A DNA stretch of 56,088 bases from an uncultured archaeon (GTDB lineage: Archaea; Iainarchaeota; Iainarchaeia; JAADDC01), in contig CAZAKL010000003.1 in the NCBI GenBank assembly GCA_964486025.1, positions 1 through 56,088 on the forward strand. Direction: 5' to 3'. The notes under the pieces are model-generated. The model saw nothing but the letters and a program-made list of their open reading frames with translations. It searched no databases and was not told where the DNA came from. Below, in pieces: positions 34,429-43,218 of this stretch. Made by a program: the position numbers and the translations under genes. The first letter of the stretch is position 1; each line of letters opens with the position of its first letter.

Positions 34429-34962
34429 ATGGAAAAGGAATCATCAAAGAAAGTTAAACTCACCGTGGTAGTAATTGACGCGTCAAAACTTTACCAGCTT
34501 GCGAGGTTTGTCTGCAAAAACGCGGATAAGCCCGACAAGCTGGACTCGGAAGCTGTGGTGAAAGAACCGCAGAACGTCTGGGAAGTTATACTCGCTGCTC
34601 AGAACAAAAACTACCTGCTGGCAACCACAGTAATGAACGCCAAAAGAGCATGGGAAGCTTACAAAAAGAAGGAACTGGCAGGGAAAATCCCCGAAGAAGA
34701 AATTGAGAAACTCAAAGAACTCTACCTGAAAAACCTTGAACTGCTTCAGCTGGCGGTATTCTCTGAAGAGTGCTATGAAGATATTTTACCAGAATGTATT
34801 GAATTTCTGCAAGACGACGACCCTGAAGCTGAAGATTCCCACGCCCTTGCCCTGGCTCGAGCGCTGAGTGAAGTCGCGGAAGAGGTCCTTCTGTGGACCA
34901 GCGACAAGGATTTTGCGCGGGCAGCTTCGCTGGGAATCAAGGTCGTCAGCAAGCTCATATAA
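34429..34962 (+). CDS. PIN-domain ribonuclease (VapC-like toxin, enlarged)
   Basis: Acidic quartet pattern: VVVIDAS, a mid-region E, EDSHALALARAL, LWTSDKDFARAASLGIKVV. Confidence 0.7.
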   Translation: MEKESSKKVKLTVVVIDASKLYQLARFVCKNADKPDKLDSEAVVKEPQNVWEVILAAQNKNYLLATTVMNAKRAWEAYKKKELAGKIPEEEIEKLKELYLKNLELLQLAVFSEECYEDILPECIEFLQDDDPEAEDSHALALARALSEVAEEVLLWTSDKDFARAASLGIKVVSKLI

Positions 34963-35941
34963 GAAAGACGAAGAAACGCTTGAAGAATGACTTTACGGCG
35001 TGGACGGTCTTGTTCACGCCGCTTTTGAGCGTTTTAACGAACTTTTCTATCAAACTCTCTTCCGTTTTTTCTGAGCGCCTATGAACTTCCTCACCTATTT
35101 CCTGCGGTATGGATTTTTCAGGTTGAGGGGTCTCTCTTGACATCTGTTCAACTATCTTTTCTATTTCTCTGACCTTCTCTGCAGCACTTTCAACCTTTGA
35201 CTCTATTTCTGCCTTTTTTAGTTTCCAGAGGGACTCAAAGTCAACGGCAAGTTCCTCTGCAAGGAATTCTGCCAGCTCGCCGACTTCGGTTTCAAGAAGT
35301 TTTTCTCTTTCCCTCGGCGGTTCAAAGGAAACGTAGGTGATTTCAAGGTCGGCAATCTCTTTAAAGATTTCCTCATCGGCTGGCAGTTCCAGGACTGTTC
35401 CCGGTTCCTGCAGAGAAAGGGGCATTGGCGGGGGAAGTTCCTCGGGGTAAAACTCAACTTCCGGTTCAAGCGGGACTTTTTGAGACAGCGGGAATTCCGA
35501 CACGGACGCACCTTCGGGCAGGGGAAGAGACAGCTGTTTCGGCTCTCTCTCTTCAAGGGGTGCTTCGGCTTCAAACTCGGCAAGCTCTCTAAACGGTTCC
35601 CACTGTTCCTCTAACCTTTCCCTTACCCTTTTGCGAACCTTAAACAGTTCTTCAAGTTCTTTCTCGCTCTCTTTCTTTATCTCGTCCAGTAAAGCCCTGA
35701 GATCGGGTTCAATCTTTTTGAAGATGAGAACTCTCTTTTTCGTGTCTATCCTGTCCAGTATAACCGGAAGATCGCCGAACGCGGCAACCATCTTGACTTC
35801 GTCAATCTGAATCTTCCTCTTCCTGAAGGCGCGGTAGGGGATTTTGACGAAGTCCCCTTTTGCTCTTTTCAGGTAGGAAAGAATTATTCTCTTTATCTCT
35901 TCTTCTCTGCTTATTCCTTTGTGCTTCGCAGGAGAAGTCAT
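34955..35941 (-). CDS. Acidic coiled-coil/proline-rich protein with a hydrophobic C-terminal tail
   Basis: 328 aa. Basic N-terminal ~90 aa, E/P-rich middle, C-terminus VKSFFKRFFVFLI. Divergent from polB. Confidence 0.6.
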   Translation of the reverse strand: MTSPAKHKGISREEEIKRIILSYLKRAKGDFVKIPYRAFRKRKIQIDEVKMVAAFGDLPVILDRIDTKKRVLIFKKIEPDLRALLDEIKKESEKELEELFKVRKRVRERLEEQWEPFRELAEFEAEAPLEEREPKQLSLPLPEGASVSEFPLSQKVPLEPEVEFYPEELPPPMPLSLQEPGTVLELPADEEIFKEIADLEITYVSFEPPREREKLLETEVGELAEFLAEELAVDFESLWKLKKAEIESKVESAAEKVREIEKIVEQMSRETPQPEKSIPQEIGEEVHRRSEKTEESLIEKFVKTLKSGVNKTVHAVKSFFKRFFVFLI

Positions 35942-36020
35942 TTACAGCCCCTTACCCTTTACACCGTTCCAGTATGTTGTTATTATACATTATAGAAAAT
36001 TTTTACAACAGGGGGCACAC

Positions 36021-37442
36021 ATGTGGGCAGTCATTGAGAAAACGCCGGCAGGCTACGAGGTCTATACCAAGAAGGGCGTAAAGTTTCACAAGAGGAAAGA
36101 CGCCCTGTGGAAATATCTGAAAAAGTGCGACAGGGTTTTCGTCGTTGACAGGCTTTCCTTCCTTGAGTTCATGGAAATTGACATTGATGACAAAATAGCC
36201 GAAAAGGTCGTTGACATCTCCGAAGTAATGAGGGAATACTTCACGGGCGAAGAATACAGGGACATACTTCTTGCTCTTGAGGAACTCGGGTTCAACCCGG
36301 CAGACATAAGGCACTCAATAGGCGGGCTTGCGCTTCAGGTAAAAAAGCTTCTTCCCGAGAAGCTGTTCATACTGTCGGCCGAAGAAAGAAGGCTTGCAGA
36401 TGAGGCTTTCTACGGGGGAAGGGCAGAAAACTTCGTAAAGAGAATTAGAAGCCCCGAAGGAAAAATCGTCTGCTACGACATAAACTCTTCCTATCCATAC
36501 GTGATGTCTTCCTATCCCTACCCCGACACGACCGAAAAGCCGCTCTTTTTGAAGAACCTTTCCCCTTCCGAAGTTCAGAGATACCACGAAGCGGGATACT
36601 GCGGTCTGTGCTTCATAGAGGCAGAAGAAAACTACAGGTTTCCGCGCCTTCCCGTGAGAGTCTGGCAGGGTAACGACTACGTGACCTACTACCCGGCGGG
36701 AAAGATAGAAGGCTACTACACTTCTGCAGACGCCGTTCTCTTTAACGACGACGAGTGCATCGTGAGGGAATTCATAGCCTATCCCATGATGGAAAGCCCC
36801 TTCAAGGAATACGTCACCAAGCTCTACCACAGCAGGTTAGAGCTGAGGAAAAAAGGCTCTAAAGGTGAAAAAGTGATAAAAGCGGTTATGAACACGATGT
36901 TTGGAGTTGTTTCAATAAAGAGCAGCGTTTACAGCAACAGGATTCTCGGTGCCTTCATCACCGCCTATCAGAGGCAGAGGCTTTTCAGGGGGATACTGAC
37001 GGCTGACAGCCTGAGGGTGCCGGTCCTCTACTGCGACACCGATTCCCTCTGGGTTTTGCCAAACGGAAAGAGGGAAAAGCTTGAAAGAGCGCTTGGCGTC
37101 AGGAAAGAGAAAAAGTTTGGCGCCTGGGATACGAGATACGACGGCGTAATAGAGATGTTCTGCGTTAGGCCGAAAGGTTATATGTTTACTTTGCTCGGCG
37201 GTAAGACCGAATACGTCTGGAGCGGTTTGCCGAAGAACTCTCTCGTTCTCAGCATTGACGAAAAAGGCATAACTTATGAACTGATAGTTGACCAGTGGAC
37301 GGAACCAAAGAGAGTAAAAGAGTTCCTGCCTGCAGGCGGGGTTGACAGAAGGAAGTTTATCAGCGACGTGTATTCCGTTCCGTTCAGGATCGAGGAAATA
37401 TCTTCCTGCGAAAGGAAGACAGTTATGGAAGTTACAGTTTAA
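36021..37442 (+). CDS. polB: Compact family-B DNA polymerase (473 aa) with a degenerate exonuclease region
   Basis: YxGG motif FYGGRAE, motif A YDINSSYPY, motif B KAVMNTMFG, motif C LYCDTDS, KxY RPKGYMF. Only ~150 aa precede YGGR. AGGGGG SD before the ATG at 36021. Confidence 0.85.
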   Translation: MWAVIEKTPAGYEVYTKKGVKFHKRKDALWKYLKKCDRVFVVDRLSFLEFMEIDIDDKIAEKVVDISEVMREYFTGEEYRDILLALEELGFNPADIRHSIGGLALQVKKLLPEKLFILSAEERRLADEAFYGGRAENFVKRIRSPEGKIVCYDINSSYPYVMSSYPYPDTTEKPLFLKNLSPSEVQRYHEAGYCGLCFIEAEENYRFPRLPVRVWQGNDYVTYYPAGKIEGYYTSADAVLFNDDECIVREFIAYPMMESPFKEYVTKLYHSRLELRKKGSKGEKVIKAVMNTMFGVVSIKSSVYSNRILGAFITAYQRQRLFRGILTADSLRVPVLYCDTDSLWVLPNGKREKLERALGVRKEKKFGAWDTRYDGVIEMFCVRPKGYMFTLLGGKTEYVWSGLPKNSLVLSIDEKGITYELIVDQWTEPKRVKEFLPAGGVDRRKFISDVYSVPFRIEEISSCERKTVMEVTV

Positions 37443-37461
37443 ACCGATTAAGGGGGCAGAG

Positions 37462-37779
37462 TTGAAAGAATTAAGGAAACTGTTTCCCGACTGCGTTGGA
37501 TACGCAAAAGACGGCAGGTTCTACCTTTGCGACGGAAAAGAGGTCGGTGAGAGCTTTCCATACTACGCGTTTCCTAAAGAATACGAGCTTTTGGAAGAGG
37601 AAAAGGCTGAGTTTCTGAAGAAGGCAGGAATTTCCCGTCTTCTCACCGAGAGCAAGCTTGTCGTGAAGTCTACCGACGGATACAGAGTGTATGACCTTGC
37701 AAAAGTGAAAGTGATAGACACCTTCAGCAGGCTTGAAAGAATGAGGGAAGCCGTAGAGGAAGCCATCCAGCTGGAGTAG
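37462..37779 (+). CDS. Hypothetical protein (~105 aa, TTG start)
   Basis: AAGGGGG lies 6 nt upstream of the TTG at 37462. The longer tracked ORF overlaps the polB 3' end. Confidence 0.45.
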   Translation: MKELRKLFPDCVGYAKDGRFYLCDGKEVGESFPYYAFPKEYELLEEEKAEFLKKAGISRLLTESKLVVKSTDGYRVYDLAKVKVIDTFSRLERMREAVEEAIQLE

Positions 37780-37782
37780 GAA

Positions 37783-39726
37783 ATGGAACTGAAAGGGCAG
37801 GTCGTAAAGACCGGGAAAGGATACCTCGTTGTTCACACCAACCTTGGAACCGTCAAAGTTGAGACGGACATTCAGGCTGCAAAAGGCACGTCCGTCACGC
37901 TTGACGTTGAATACAAAAACGGAAGGTTCGTTGCGAAAAAGGTTGAGTTTGACAGCGGTGACTATGTTCTGAAGTATCTGATGAGCATAAAGGGAATAGG
38001 ACCAAAGACCGCCGAGAAGCTCTACAGAGAATACGGCGAGTCAATCATTGAGAGAATAAAAGACGAGGAATTTCTGAAAAGAGTTACAGGTGGAAGGGCA
38101 ACTTCTTCCGCTTCTTGGCTGAAGGGTTATGAGAAGGTATACGGTCTTCTCAGAACGGCAGTCGGCGAAAAGAGAGCCGAGTCCGCCGTCCGATTCCTGA
38201 AGAGGGAAAAGGTCAGCTTTGAAGAAAACCCATACGTTCTTCTGAAGCTGAAAGGTTTTGGCTTCAAAACGGTTGACAGGATAGCCCTTCAGTTCATCCC
38301 GGAGGATTCACCCCTTAGGATCAGACAGCTCGTGAGATACCTGCTTGAACAGGCGGAACAAAAAGGTCACATGTATTTGGAGGTTGACGACCTGAAGAAG
38401 AAGCTGATGGCACACCTCGGCAGGGAAGTTCCGCTGGTCCTTCCGGAAGATGTAAAAAGAACGGGAGACAAGATATATCTTGAGAAGAACCTTGAAACTG
38501 AAAGGAAGATAGCTACATACCTTTCCTGCCAGGAAACCTACGAGGAAGAGAGGAAAACGAGTCCCGAGCTGAAGCTTACAGAAGAGCAGGAAAGGGCGGT
38601 TGAGCTGTGCCTTAGAAACAAAATATGCGCAATCACCGGTTATGCGGGAACTGGAAAGACTACCGTTTTAAGAGAGGTCGTGAAGGAATTTGAAAGCAGG
38701 GGATACGAGATAGCCCTGCTTGCGCCGACGGGGAAGGCTGCAAAGAGGCTTGAAGAGGTCCTCAAGAGACCGGCGTTCACGATACACAGAGCCGTCTATC
38801 AGGACGAGCTGATTTTCCCTGACGTGGTTATCGTCGACGAGAGTTCCATGATTGACTCACACACGATGAAGTGGCTTCTTTCCTATGTTTACGATAAAAG
38901 GGTGATTTTCGTCGGGGATACAGCACAGCTTCCCCCCGTCGGACCGGGTCAACCCTTCAGAGACCTGGTTGAAAGCGGTGAAGTCCCGACGGCAAGGCTG
39001 ACGAAAATTCTCAGAAACGCAGGCGAGATAGTGATAAGCGCGGACAGAGTGAGAAGGGGGGATTTTCCCCTGAAGACGAAAGGAAACTTCTGCTGGCATA
39101 CGGCGTTTTCCGAAGAGAAAATTGCTGCCCTGCTTGAGAAAGCAAAGGAAAAAGGGGTAGAGGTGCAGCTTCTCGGAGGCATATACAAGGGAAGATACGG
39201 CGTTGACAGCCTCAACAGGCTTGCGCAGGAAGTTCTGAATCCCGACGGTGGTAGAGAGTGGAAGGGCTTCCGCGTCGGGGACAGGGTCATTCACACCGGA
39301 AGCAACGACTACAACAGCTTCGTCATGAACGGCGACACCGGAAAAGTCGTTGAAGTCCAGCAGGGAAAGGTGGCCGTTGAGTTCTGGGACGGGAAGACCA
39401 AAACATACACTTCTGACGACGTTCAGAACCTTTCTCTTGCCTACGCGATGACGGTTCACAAATCTCAGGGAAGCGAATACGACTACGCTGCGGTGGTCTT
39501 TGACACCTCTTCCTACTCTGTTATAAACAGATACTGGCTTTACACGGCGCTCACGAGAGCAAAGAAAAAATGCTTCCTCTTCGCGGATATGAAGGCAGTT
39601 GCAACCGCCGTCAAGAACTCCTCATACCCCGAAAGGAAAACGTTCCTACGGGAGCTTATTGGAAACAAGGAGCTTTTCAATGATATTGATAACAAACAAA
39701 ACCTTATGCAGAGATTATCTTTCTAA
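37783..39726 (+). CDS. recD: RecD2-like SF1 DNA helicase
   Basis: HhH IKGIGPKTAEKL, Walker A GYAGTGKTT, VIVDESSM, VGDTAQLPPVGPG, TVHKSQGSEYD. Confidence 0.9.
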   Translation: MELKGQVVKTGKGYLVVHTNLGTVKVETDIQAAKGTSVTLDVEYKNGRFVAKKVEFDSGDYVLKYLMSIKGIGPKTAEKLYREYGESIIERIKDEEFLKRVTGGRATSSASWLKGYEKVYGLLRTAVGEKRAESAVRFLKREKVSFEENPYVLLKLKGFGFKTVDRIALQFIPEDSPLRIRQLVRYLLEQAEQKGHMYLEVDDLKKKLMAHLGREVPLVLPEDVKRTGDKIYLEKNLETERKIATYLSCQETYEEERKTSPELKLTEEQERAVELCLRNKICAITGYAGTGKTTVLREVVKEFESRGYEIALLAPTGKAAKRLEEVLKRPAFTIHRAVYQDELIFPDVVIVDESSMIDSHTMKWLLSYVYDKRVIFVGDTAQLPPVGPGQPFRDLVESGEVPTARLTKILRNAGEIVISADRVRRGDFPLKTKGNFCWHTAFSEEKIAALLEKAKEKGVEVQLLGGIYKGRYGVDSLNRLAQEVLNPDGGREWKGFRVGDRVIHTGSNDYNSFVMNGDTGKVVEVQQGKVAVEFWDGKTKTYTSDDVQNLSLAYAMTVHKSQGSEYDYAAVVFDTSSYSVINRYWLYTALTRAKKKCFLFADMKAVATAVKNSSYPERKTFLRELIGNKELFNDIDNKQNLMQRLSF

Positions 39727-40111
39727 AGGCATATACGTCAGGAAGGACGGCAAGATCGTTGGGATAGATTGGGAAGATGTGAAGAAAGTTTCCTTTTTCA
39801 GAGTGAGAAGTTTCCTCTTTCGCAGCAGTCTGTTGAAGCCGGTTTCTTTCCTTGCCGAAGTTTCTCTCTACGCGGCGTTTGTCCTGTGTGCACTTGCCGT
39901 TTACCGTTCTTCCTTGTGGTTTGCAGTTCCTCTTCTTCTCTTTGCAGTTCCCCTGCTTTTCAGGGGAATACTGAAAGTTGAAACGGAAAGGGGTGCTGTT
40001 TTCTTTCTGCTGAAGGACAGGGAAGTGGTTGACGCAATCCTGTCTTTCATTCCCGAAGAAAAGAGAGAAGGGCTTTTGAAGGATGTTAGAAATGTTCTTG
40101 AGCGCTTTTGA
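39680..40111 (+). CDS. Membrane protein (143 aa)
   Basis: The ATG at 39680 follows AAGGAG. Two TM segments. Confidence 0.5.
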   Translation: MILITNKTLCRDYLSKGIYVRKDGKIVGIDWEDVKKVSFFRVRSFLFRSSLLKPVSFLAEVSLYAAFVLCALAVYRSSLWFAVPLLLFAVPLLFRGILKVETERGAVFFLLKDREVVDAILSFIPEEKREGLLKDVRNVLERF

Positions 40112-40160
40112 TTTGAGTATTAATATTAATTATGCCTGCCAACAAGTTTAGGGAGATGAA

Positions 40161-40772
40161 ATGAAAAAGTTTTGGAAAGAGGACGTTTTAGAAAACATCT
40201 TCAGTGAATTGAACGACGAGCTGAAACACAAGAAAATTAGCATTCCCAGAGAAAGAGAAGAAGAGGGAAGAAAAAAAACTCAGAAATTGTTTTCTGAGGC
40301 TGCCAAATGGGAGGAAAGAGAGGCAAAGAGAGTAGTAGAGGTATTGCATTTGCTGTTTAATGTATTTTGGGAAGAGAAAAAGAAGGAAAGAGAAAAGGCT
40401 GAGATACTTTTTAGCCTTTTAGAGAAGAGACGTATACCTAAATGGGAAGCTATTTTTGTTGCGAAAGTTCTTTTTGACCATTTACTTCCCGCTGAAAAAC
40501 CCGGCAGGTTAATCGAATATTACAATCTGTATGTTCCGATTTATAGAAGAAAAGCTGTAGATAGCATTGCACGATACATTATCTCTGAGCTGATGAAATT
40601 GAAGAGAGTTCAGGTAGTGGAAGATTATAAGGTTGTTCTAAAGAAAGGAATAAGCTCCATAATAATTGATTACAACTGGGGAATCATAGATGGAAACGAA
40701 GGAACGAGTGTTAATCGTTGTAGCTGGGCCCAACGGAGCGGGGAAAAGCACGTTCATAAGAATGCTAATTAA
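40161..40772 (+). CDS. Hypothetical K/E-rich protein (203 aa), AT-rich
   Basis: GGGAGATGAA SD. Its 3' end overlaps the next gene by 83 nt. Confidence 0.5.
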   Translation: MKKFWKEDVLENIFSELNDELKHKKISIPREREEEGRKKTQKLFSEAAKWEEREAKRVVEVLHLLFNVFWEEKKKEREKAEILFSLLEKRRIPKWEAIFVAKVLFDHLLPAEKPGRLIEYYNLYVPIYRRKAVDSIARYIISELMKLKRVQVVEDYKVVLKKGISSIIIDYNWGIIDGNEGTSVNRCSWAQRSGEKHVHKNAN

Positions 40773-41373
40773 AAAGGGGCAGATTGATCCCAAGGACTAT
40801 GTTTGTCCTGACGAGATTGTAAAGAATGAAGGATGGGATCCTTTTTCTAAAGAAGATGTTATAAAGGCTATGCAAAAAGCAGAAGAAATAAGAATTTGCA
40901 AAGTTCTGAAAGGTGAGAATGTAGTAATGGAAACTGTATTTTCTCACCCGTCAAAGATAGACTACATCAAGTTTGCTAAGGAGAAAGGCTACAAGGTAAT
41001 TTTTTTCTTCATAATGACGAGAAACGTGGAAATTAACAAAGAAAGGGTAAAAATAAGAGTTGAAGAGGGAGGACATCCCGTTCCCTTTGATAAGATTGAA
41101 AGCAGATTTAAAAGAAGTCTTGAAAATATGTTGCGAGTAGTTAAGGTGAAGGTTATAGATGAACTATTTGTGATTGATAACACGCAGAACTATAAAATCG
41201 TTGCAAAGGTAGATTTCTCAAGCGGAAAAGTCTGGATAAGTGAAGAAGTTTTAAGTGATGAGACTACCCGAGAAACTTTTGAAAAGCTTAAAGAATACAC
41301 ATCAGCTTTAGAAAGAAAGCCTACAGCTAAACTTAGTAGAGAAGAAAGGGAGAGTCCGCCACTTTCTCCTTAG
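40690..41373 (+). CDS. Zeta-toxin-like / COG4185-type P-loop kinase
   Basis: VLIVVAGPNGAGKSTF, ETVFSHPSK, GGHPVPFDKIESRFKRS. Confidence 0.7.
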   Translation: METKERVLIVVAGPNGAGKSTFIRMLIKKGQIDPKDYVCPDEIVKNEGWDPFSKEDVIKAMQKAEEIRICKVLKGENVVMETVFSHPSKIDYIKFAKEKGYKVIFFFIMTRNVEINKERVKIRVEEGGHPVPFDKIESRFKRSLENMLRVVKVKVIDELFVIDNTQNYKIVAKVDFSSGKVWISEEVLSDETTRETFEKLKEYTSALERKPTAKLSREERESPPLSP

Positions 41374-41412
41374 GAATATCTTTGGGAGTCGTCCCTTCCC
41401 GGTAATAAAAAT

Positions 41413-41697
41413 CTACTTCTTAACCTTTTCTGTTTTTTCTTTAAGTTCCTTACCGGGTTTGAAGGCAGGTAGCAGCTTTGCTGGAACTTTTAACTTCTCA
41501 CCTGTTCTCGGGTTTCTTGCTACCCTCGGTGCCCTTTCTTTCATCAGAAACGCGCCAAAACCCCTGATTTCCACCTTGTCACCTTTGGCAAGAGCTTCCG
41601 TTACTACCTCAATGAATGCGTTGACGGCAGCTTCCGCCACCTTCTTTGGCAGTCCGGCTTTTTCTGATACTGCAGCAACGAGTTCGTGCTTCGTCAT
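41413..41697 (-). CDS. hup: HU-family DNA-binding protein (second copy)
   Basis: MTKHELVAAVSEKAGLPKKVAEAAVNAFIEVVTEAL..VEIRGFGAF..RNPRTGEKLKVPAK. TAAGGAGGGAGAC lies before the ATG at 41697. Confidence 0.9.
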   Translation of the reverse strand: MTKHELVAAVSEKAGLPKKVAEAAVNAFIEVVTEALAKGDKVEIRGFGAFLMKERAPRVARNPRTGEKLKVPAKLLPAFKPGKELKEKTEKVKK

Positions 41698-41707
41698 GTC
41701 TCCCTCC

Positions 41708-42076
41708 TTAAAACTCAATGTCATCTATGCTTTCTTCTTCGTCTTCTTCTCTTTTAGGATCAAGGGCTTTAACCCTCAACGCCACAACTTCTATCTTTGA
41801 CCTCTTTTCGCCGTTCTCGTTTTTCCAGGAATTCTGCCTCAGCCTTCCTTCAACGAGTATTCTATCGCCTTTTAAAAATCTTTCCACCACCCTGTCTGCT
41901 GCATCGCCCCAGACGACGCAGTCAATGAAGAGAGTATCGTCCTGCCAGTTTCCCTTTTTATCTTTGTATGGCGTATTTACGGCTATCCTGAACCTTGAAA
42001 AAGGATTCCCCTTCTGGGTGTGGGAAAGTTCTGGGTCCGAAACGAACCTACCAATCAAAAACACTCTGTTCAACAT
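41708..42076 (-). CDS. ssb: Single-stranded DNA-binding protein
   Basis: OB-fold start MLNRVFLIGRFVSDPEL...FRIAVN, and acidic tip EEDEEESIDDIEF. GGAGGAGAGAA lies before the ATG at 42076. Confidence 0.9.
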   Translation of the reverse strand: MLNRVFLIGRFVSDPELSHTQKGNPFSRFRIAVNTPYKDKKGNWQDDTLFIDCVVWGDAADRVVERFLKGDRILVEGRLRQNSWKNENGEKRSKIEVVALRVKALDPKREEDEEESIDDIEF

Positions 42077-42509
42077 TTCTCTCCTCCTTTGCTTTTTCGT
42101 ATAGCAGTTTAAAAGCAATCAGTTTTGCTGAAAGCAGAACTGCCAGCACTTTTAAAACGGCAGTGCTTTCTCTGAAGTTTTTCGGTTGAAGGACGAGCAG
42201 GAAGAGAACGACCGAAAGCGCCGTCACGCTTGAAGCGAAGCAACTGAAGGCTATACCCTCGTAGTGTTCCACCATCCAGCAAACCGCTCCCGAAACGGAC
42301 AGCCCGAGGCAGACGACAGAGGAAATGACGCCGAAGGCGTAGAAGAAAGAGTCTGAAGGTTTTGAAGCGACGAGCAGGTAAAAGAGAGAAAGGATTGAAA
42401 CAGAAAAAACAGCCGAAAGCCAGATGATAGCAGTTCCCTCAAAGAGGGATGAAACCCTACCTTTCAGCTTTACCCCCCGAAAGCTTTTTCTCTGCCTGAA
42501 GGAAAAAAA
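42048..42509 (-). other. Four-TM reading frame whose first 78 codons lack any ATG/GTG/TTG (frameshifted continuation or non-canonical start)
   Basis: The frame is open from 42509. It encodes SSLFEGTAIIWLSAVFSVSILSLFYLLVA..FYAFGVISSVVCLGLSVSGAVCW before the tracked Met at 42275. A C6 run (42473-42478) lies at the junction with the upstream ORF. Confidence 0.5.
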
Positions 42510-43137
42510 TCAGAACTCTCGGCGGAACAGCCGGGCGTCCCGCCGAAAAGATGATGTCCCTCGCGATTTCGTCCTTTACCCCTTCTGCGACCTCTGAAGC
42601 GGGGAAGTTCATTTTCCTCTGCGCGACAATCATAAAAGCTGCAAGCCTTGCCTTTTCGGGAACTATTGAGCGCAGGAGGGATACTTCCTCTTCTGTGAGA
42701 TTTCCGCCGATTGAGTAGAAGTTGTCAACCACCTTTTGAAGTTCCTTTGAGGAAAAAATCCTCGGTCCCTTCCTTCTGACCTTTCCTTTCTTCGCACTAT
42801 TCCCGGAAGAAAAAAGCTCTCTTCTGTATAGAATGAGCAGAAACGCAGCTGCAAGGAATACCTGTATCGGCGCAAGGTGCTTCTGGACCTCAAGAAGCAC
42901 CTGCCTTGCCCTCTCGTTTGCAATTCCCTTGAACGGCTTTACGAACCCTTTCAGAGAGCGTATTGCCTCTGCGTCCCTTTCACATTCCTGGGAACTCTTG
43001 CCGTCAACGTAAACGCACACAGCCCGGTAGAAGAGGCTGTCGTAGGTTATTTCAAGTTTTTCCAGAATGCCTGAAGCGAACAGCAGTGCAAGAACGATTG
43101 CAATAACTATGATGTCCGAAGAGCTGTTGTCCCTCAT
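42457..43137 (-). CDS. Membrane protein of unknown function (226 aa)
   Basis: N-terminal TM IIVIAIVLALLFASGIL plus a second TM. First gene of the minus-strand unit opposite the T4SS promoter. Confidence 0.55.
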   Translation of the reverse strand: MRDNSSSDIIVIAIVLALLFASGILEKLEITYDSLFYRAVCVYVDGKSSQECERDAEAIRSLKGFVKPFKGIANERARQVLLEVQKHLAPIQVFLAAAFLLILYRRELFSSGNSAKKGKVRRKGPRIFSSKELQKVVDNFYSIGGNLTEEEVSLLRSIVPEKARLAAFMIVAQRKMNFPASEVAEGVKDEIARDIIFSAGRPAVPPRVLIFFLQAEKKLSGGKAER

Positions 43138-43151
43138 CGCTTTTTCTCTGG

Positions 43152-43180
43152 TTGCTGTTTTCTGTTAGTTCCATTATAAT
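43152..43180 (+). promoter_or_regulatory. Sigma70-like promoter of the T4SS operon
   Basis: TTGCTG (43152-57), 17-nt spacer, TATAAT (43175-80). GGGAGG SD, ATG at 43219. Confidence 0.5.
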
Positions 43181-43218
43181 AGTTATAATAAGAATTAGCA
43201 ACCGTCAGGGAGGTAGTC

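Noticed and set aside
42251-42442. 63-aa ORF between the SSB and the 226-aa membrane gene.
   Set aside because: It lies in a different frame from the convincing 4-TM reading frame that covers the same DNA, and its composition is not protein-like.
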